Origin: Trueperaceae bacterium
GTDB lineage: Bacteria; Deinococcota; Deinococci; Deinococcales; Trueperaceae
Assembly (NCBI GenBank): GCA_040905465.1
Contig: JBBDRK010000016.1
Location: 22,751 to 53,376, forward strand
Reading direction: 5' to 3'
DNA length: 30,626 nucleotides
Shown here: positions 25,984 through 30,626 of the stretch, one piece after another
Layout of the letters: each line of letters begins with the position of its first letter
How positions within the stretch are numbered: position 1 is the first letter of the stretch
Position numbers and translations under genes: made by a program
Notes under the pieces: generated by a model
Told to the model about the DNA's origin: nothing
What the model saw: the letters and a program-made list of their open reading frames with translations, nothing else
The model's database searches: none

Positions 25984-26487
25984 GTGAAACAGGCAGAGAA
26001 GAATTCGGCCGGCACATCGACGCTCACCACCCCTACTGACCGTGAAATCCGCATCGAGCGCGTTTTCAACGCTTCGCGTGATCGCGTCTGGCGGGCGTTC
26101 ACCGAACCGGACCTGGTTGCGCAGTGGTGGGGCAGGGGAAACAAGCTGGTGATCGAACGCATGGAAGTGGAGCGTGGCGGCCACTGGCGGTTCGTGGAAC
26201 ATGCCGACGGCGACACCCACGGCTTCGAAGGGCGCTTTCGCGAGGTGACTCCACAGGATCGCCTCGTCTACACATTCGAGTGGGACGGCATGCCGGGGTA
26301 CGTGGTCATCGACGCAGTGGACTTCGAGGATCTCGGCGGCGAGAGGACGCGGGTGGTTACCACGGCGCTGTTCCACACCAGCGAGGAACGCGACGGAATG
26401 CTGAAGTATGGGATGGAGACGGGACTCAATCAGAGTTACGACGCGCTGGATGCTCTGCTCGAGAACTTCCCTCCAGAAGTCGCGTAA
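25984..26487 (+). CDS. SRPBCC/AHSA1 (START-like) ligand-binding protein
   Basis: IERVFNASRDRVWRAFTEPDLVAQWWG, GGHWRF, LVYTFEW, GMETG...SYDALD. Confidence 0.9.
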   Translation: MKQAEKNSAGTSTLTTPTDREIRIERVFNASRDRVWRAFTEPDLVAQWWGRGNKLVIERMEVERGGHWRFVEHADGDTHGFEGRFREVTPQDRLVYTFEWDGMPGYVVIDAVDFEDLGGERTRVVTTALFHTSEERDGMLKYGMETGLNQSYDALDALLENFPPEVA

Positions 26488-27397
26488 CGTCGTCGATGTG
26501 AGGAAGGGACGGCTGCGCCCCGTGACGAGTGACAGCCAGGGCGCCGGCGGCGCAGCCGATCCGGATGGCTCGATTCAAGCTCTCGTCTCTCGCCAGGCCG
26601 GCTGCCAGCCCTCCCACGAAGGCGTCGCCGGCCGCGGTGGTGTCTACGGCCGTTACCGAAAAGGCCGGCAGATGGCCGGCAGAATCGGCGGTCTGCCAGA
26701 TGACCCCTCCAGAGCCCAGGGTTATCACGACTTCGGGAATTCGAGCGGCCAGTTCCGATAGAGCCGTCCCGGCATCTCCTGTCTTCCCTCCCTGACCCAA
26801 CAGCGAGTGCGCCTCGGATTCGTTGACTATCAGCAGGTCGGTGCCGGAAAGCCCGTCGAGCCCGAGCGCCCATGCCGGCGCGGCGTTGACGATCACCCGC
26901 GCCCCTGCCGCCCGTGCCAGCCAGATCGCCTGTCGTACCGTCTCCGGCGGGATCTCCAATTGCAGCAGCACGACCGCTGCCCCCTCGAACAGTTCCGACG
27001 TGAGCGAGCGAGGCGTAAGGCGCGAGTTGGCGCCGGGAGAGACGATGATAGTGTTCTGACCCTGCTCGTCGACGGTGATGAACGCCGCGCCGGAGGGGGC
27101 CGAGACCGTTGACAGCGAAGTCACATCGATCCCCTCGTCCGCGAGGGCTTGCTTGAGGGTGGGGCCGAATCCGTCGCTCCCCACCCGGCCCACGAACCGC
27201 ACTTGCGCATTCAGACGGGCGGCCGCTACCGCCTGGTTGGCGCCCTTGCCGCCATGGTGGGTCTCGTAGTCGGATCCGAGCAGCGTCTCGCCCGGTTGCG
27301 GGAACGCGGATACACGGGTCACCAGGTCGATGTTCACGCTGCCGACTACTAGCACGTGCCCAGGGTCCTGCCCGGCGCCGGTGAACAATCTTTTCAT
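26426..27397 (-). CDS. rbsK: ribokinase (PfkB family)
   Basis: VVGSVNID, GGKGANQA, GQNTI, LLQLE, VNESE, DTTAAGDAF; ATGA coupling with the upstream gene. Confidence 0.9.
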   Translation of the reverse strand: MKRLFTGAGQDPGHVLVVGSVNIDLVTRVSAFPQPGETLLGSDYETHHGGKGANQAVAAARLNAQVRFVGRVGSDGFGPTLKQALADEGIDVTSLSTVSAPSGAAFITVDEQGQNTIIVSPGANSRLTPRSLTSELFEGAAVVLLQLEIPPETVRQAIWLARAAGARVIVNAAPAWALGLDGLSGTDLLIVNESEAHSLLGQGGKTGDAGTALSELAARIPEVVITLGSGGVIWQTADSAGHLPAFSVTAVDTTAAGDAFVGGLAAGLARDESLNRAIRIGCAAGALAVTRHGAQPSLPHIDDVTRLLEGSSRAEHPARRNSD

Positions 27398-28338
27398 GCC
27401 AGAAACGCCAGCCGGGCGCTGGCCAAGTCGAAGAGGGCGTGGCCGACGCTCTTGAATACGACTGGGCCAGGCAGATGATGAAGTTGCGCAGCTTCCATCT
27501 CCGGAGCGAGCACCTGCGCCAGCTCTCGCGCACGCTCCCACTGCCATGCGCCGGCGCCGACCGCGGCGATGAGGTCGCCGGCCTCCTGCCGGGCGGCTGC
27601 CAACGTGTCCACCACCACGCTGCTTCCGCCGATCAGCTCCGGGCTCAGCTCGGCCATGCCCGGCCGGAAAGCGCCCACGGCACACACCATCACGTCTTCG
27701 GCTAGGCTGCCGGCCAGTACCGGCGTCTGGCTGGTGGTGGCCGTGACGATCAGTTTCGCCTTGCCCAGCACTTCGTTCGGATCGTCGACTACCCGAGCGT
27801 CCATCCCCAGCTCGCGACCAAGGCCGGCCAGCGTCTCGGCCCGATGGCGGGTACGGGAACTGATGAACACGGTGTCGACTCCCAGTCCGATCCGAAACGC
27901 TTCGAGGTGTGCAGTTGCCTGCGCTCCCGCCCCGAATATCAGAAGCGGCCCAGTGGGTACCGGGGCGAGCTTCCGGGCGGCCAGCAGCGACAGGGCGGCG
28001 GTGCGTCGGCCGGTCACCGTCGCGCCGTCGAGGACGCCCATGCGCTCGCCACTGCCGGCGCGCATAACCACCACCTCACCCTGAATGGTCGCCAACCCCT
28101 TCGCGCTGTTCCGCGGATGGACGGTAACCAGCTTGGTGATGGCGACGTTTTCGTCTGAAGCCGGCATCACCAGCAGCTTGCCGCCGTCGGGCAGCTCGAG
28201 GATCAGCCGTTCGGGCACCTGCACCTTGCCGCCCTCGTACTCCAGCAGCATGGCGGCGATGGTATCCGCAAGTGCCGGATAGGGCAGGAGTGCCGCGGTT
28301 TCCCCTGGCCCCAACGACCGCGGTGGTTCGACTTTCAT
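27394..28338 (-). CDS. ornithine cyclodeaminase/mu-crystallin family (possible pyrroline-2-carboxylate/ketimine reductase)
   Basis: KLVTVHP.N, TGRRTAA, GAGAQA, VTAT, AVGAF, FKSVG..LFD; RBS GGAGG before ATG 28338. Confidence 0.88.
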   Translation of the reverse strand: MKVEPPRSLGPGETAALLPYPALADTIAAMLLEYEGGKVQVPERLILELPDGGKLLVMPASDENVAITKLVTVHPRNSAKGLATIQGEVVVMRAGSGERMGVLDGATVTGRRTAALSLLAARKLAPVPTGPLLIFGAGAQATAHLEAFRIGLGVDTVFISSRTRHRAETLAGLGRELGMDARVVDDPNEVLGKAKLIVTATTSQTPVLAGSLAEDVMVCAVGAFRPGMAELSPELIGGSSVVVDTLAAARQEAGDLIAAVGAGAWQWERARELAQVLAPEMEAAQLHHLPGPVVFKSVGHALFDLASARLAFLA

Positions 28339-28359
28339 CGTGGCCTCCGCCCCGAGGAT

Positions 28360-28545
28360 AGCCGGCCGATGTCGCGAGTGCGGGAGACGGCCGTGCCGGA
28401 ACCGAACGTGGCACCGGCGACTCCGCTGGCGTCGAACGGCACGAGTTCCTGCGCCTCGTCCAAGTCGAGCGCCGTAACTGGAACCCCGAGCCGCTGTTGC
28501 GCCGGTGATCCCGGCGCCAATCACTATGGTGTCTGCTTCAACCAA
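28360..28545 (-). pseudogene. remnant of an FAD-dependent amine/D-amino-acid oxidoreductase (DAO/sarcosine oxidase beta-like)
   Basis: VEADTIVIGAGITG (FAD-binding GxGxxG) joined out of frame near 28500 to QQRLGVPVTALDLDEAQELVPFDASGVAGATFG; only ~190 bp in total. Left boundary approximate. Confidence 0.7.
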
Positions 28546-30310
28546 GGCTGCTTACCGGCCGCCGGGCCGGTTCCGGACCACAACACACCGCGTTCTTGCC
28601 CATGCGCTTTGCGCGGTAGAGGTTCTCGTCTGCTCGCTGCAGCAGAGTAGGTACATCATCGTCCGTCGCCGCCGTCGTAACGCCTACGCTCAACGTCACC
28701 TCGACGGCCCGGCGTACTTCGTTCCACGGGAATGCCTCGACTGCGACGCGTACCTTCTCGGCTACCAGGTGTGCCTCATCGAGATCGGTCTCGGGAAGCA
28801 GCAGGACGAACTCCTCGCCGCCTACCCGTGCCGCCACATCGATCTCCCGGGTGTTGCCCCGAAGTATCCCGCTGAAGTGGACGAGAATCTCGTCCCCCAC
28901 TACGTGTGAATGGCGATCGTTTATCACCTTGAAGTCATCGATGTCGCACATGACCACGCTGAACGGCTTGCCGCCGAATCGTTGCAGGCGGTTCAACTCC
29001 TCGCGCAGTCGATTCTCCAACTCACGCCGATTGAACAGCTTGGTAAGGGGGTCTTCGCGACTGAGGCGCTGCAGTTCCGCGGACTTTTCCTCCAACGCCC
29101 GGTGCAGCTCCCGCAGCTCTTCGTAGGCCGCGCTCAGTTGCCTGTTGCTCTCGCGAAGCAGTTGCCGCTCACGGCTGGACTGCTCCAACTCGCCTTGCAA
29201 CAACAGCGCCTGGGACTGTTGCGAGAACAGTTGCCGCGCGAGCTGGCGGTCCATTTCGTGATAGTGCCGGAAGCACTCGAGCGCCTCGCGCCAACGGCCC
29301 AGCGCTTCCAGCGCCTTGGCCAACCCCAGACAGGCGTTCGCCCCGGTCTGGTGACTGCCCGTCGCCTGCGCATCAGCGAGCGCTCTGCGGTAGAGCCTCT
29401 CGGCCTTCTCGGGTTGGCCGATGTCGAGATGCAATTCAGCCAGGGAGTGTACGGTCTCGTCTGCGAAGGAGCCCTCATTGCTGTCGAGATGGACGAGCGC
29501 TTCGCCAAAGCAGGCGAGCGCCTCTTCGGTCCTCCCCAGCTTGCCCAGCACCACCGCATACTTGGTCAAGGTCGGCGCGAGATACATGGTGTCGTTCGCC
29601 TCGCGGACCTTACGCAGGCACTGCTCGTGGATCTCCAACGCCCGATCCAGTTGACCCAGCTCCTCCAGCGCGCGGCCGACGTTCGCCAGGGCGATGATCT
29701 TCTCGCGCTGCGTTCCCTTGGCTTCGAAGCTGACTCGGGCTCGCCCGAAGAATTCGAGAGCTCTGCCGGCGTCGCCCTGAACCATATAGAGGTTGCCGAT
29801 GTTGTTCAGCGGCCCGCCGGCAGGCGAGCCGCCATGCTTTTCCAGGAGCCGCAAGCTTGCGAGCAGGTACTCGAGACCCTGTTCGTAGGAGCCCAGATGC
29901 GAGTGAAGCATGCCTGCATCGTTCAAGACCGCGGCCTTCACCTCTGCATCAGCGACATCGCGAGATTCCTTGAGTGCCTCGTTCACGTGCCGCAGGGCCT
30001 GCTCGAACTCCTGCTGAAGGAAGCAAACCCGCGCGAGCAGGCGGTAGGTCTCGGTACGGGCCTGCTCGACACCAGCCGTGCCTTCGAGTGCGGCAATCGC
30101 GTCGTCCAGCACCCGGTACGCAGCTGCCTTCTCGCCAAGCTCGAGGTGGCACGCGCCAATAGTGCGCAACGCGTTGCCCATCTCCGTCTCGTCGCCAACT
30201 CGCCTGGCTTCCGACTCGGCATCGCGGGCAATCGCCAGGGCTTCCGCCGGCTCTTCCTTCGCTCGCGCCCACGCCCTCTCGTTTAGTTCCGCGAGTGGAA
30301 CGGTGGTCAT
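28538..30310 (-). CDS. TPR-repeat diguanylate cyclase (TPR-coiled coil-GGDEF)
   Basis: Multiple TPR-like helices; DPLT.LFNRR, DIDDFKVIND, RVGGEEF, I-site REID, ADENLYRAK. Confidence 0.93.
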   Translation of the reverse strand: MTTVPLAELNERAWARAKEEPAEALAIARDAESEARRVGDETEMGNALRTIGACHLELGEKAAAYRVLDDAIAALEGTAGVEQARTETYRLLARVCFLQQEFEQALRHVNEALKESRDVADAEVKAAVLNDAGMLHSHLGSYEQGLEYLLASLRLLEKHGGSPAGGPLNNIGNLYMVQGDAGRALEFFGRARVSFEAKGTQREKIIALANVGRALEELGQLDRALEIHEQCLRKVREANDTMYLAPTLTKYAVVLGKLGRTEEALACFGEALVHLDSNEGSFADETVHSLAELHLDIGQPEKAERLYRRALADAQATGSHQTGANACLGLAKALEALGRWREALECFRHYHEMDRQLARQLFSQQSQALLLQGELEQSSRERQLLRESNRQLSAAYEELRELHRALEEKSAELQRLSREDPLTKLFNRRELENRLREELNRLQRFGGKPFSVVMCDIDDFKVINDRHSHVVGDEILVHFSGILRGNTREIDVAARVGGEEFVLLLPETDLDEAHLVAEKVRVAVEAFPWNEVRRAVEVTLSVGVTTAATDDDVPTLLQRADENLYRAKRMGKNAVCCGPEPARRPVSSLG

Positions 30311-30437
30311 CAACTTTTACTCCATCTGCTGCCGCAGGGTGCCGGCGCGAACCGACTGTCCACATGGTAATGCCTGGCGTTGGTCGGCGGATGAAAATTG
30401 CCGCCGAACTGTGCGGCACGTACCCTGCGGTCAAGTT

Positions 30438-30492
30438 GGGCGAGTCGATCGGGCAGGTTGATCGGGCGAGTCGATCGGGCGAATCGATCGGG
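30438..30492. repeat. 13-bp tandem repeat, 4 copies
   Basis: GGGCGAGTCGATC / GGGCAGGTTGATC / GGGCGAGTCGATC / GGGCGAATCGATC, then GGG. Confidence 0.85.
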
Positions 30493-30626
30493 AGGCGAAA
30501 AGCTGCTCGATTGTCGGAAACCGCAGCTCGGGCACAGAACTTAACGGCAATGCTTAACGGCGATTAAGTTTGGGTAAGGCAGGAGTAAGCCGCGCCTGGG
30601 ATCTTGTGGGCGCGGGCCAACGACCG

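Noticed and set aside
30438-30492. CRISPR array
   Set aside because: 13-bp units are directly adjacent without spacers, and no cas genes are in the window.

Overview
High-GC bacterial chromosomal region, almost fully coding, dominated by catabolic and transport genes. No rRNA, tRNA, CRISPR array or mobile element is recognisable. Left to right: a YqjM/NamA-type flavin oxidoreductase; a formylglycine-generating enzyme (FGE); a cytoplasmic Cys-type sulfatase; a CUT1/Ugp-like ABC transporter lacking its ATPase, plus a glycerophosphodiester phosphodiesterase; and an MlrC/M81 metallopeptidase. A ~16 kb uncharacterised catabolic block follows: DapA-like protein, atypical NAD epimerase, Gfo/Idh/MocA oxidoreductase, DUF993 protein, two xylose-isomerase-like TIM barrels, GntR, TctCBA transporter, enolase-superfamily enzyme, PHP/DUF3604-like hydrolase, GNAT and a second sulfatase. 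The right end holds an ArsR-SRPBCC pair, ribokinase, an ornithine-cyclodeaminase-family reductase and a TPR-GGDEF diguanylate cyclase. Not annotated by the ORF track are two gene relics (a DppC/OppC permease C-terminus and an internally deleted FAD-dependent amine oxidase), three apparently leaderless genes, several candidate operators, a ~300-nt structured leader and a 13-bp tandem repeat. Leaderless TANNNT starts, non-lipoprotein binding proteins and the TPR-GGDEF architecture suggest Deinococcota (inference only). All family calls come from motif recognition; no database search was run.
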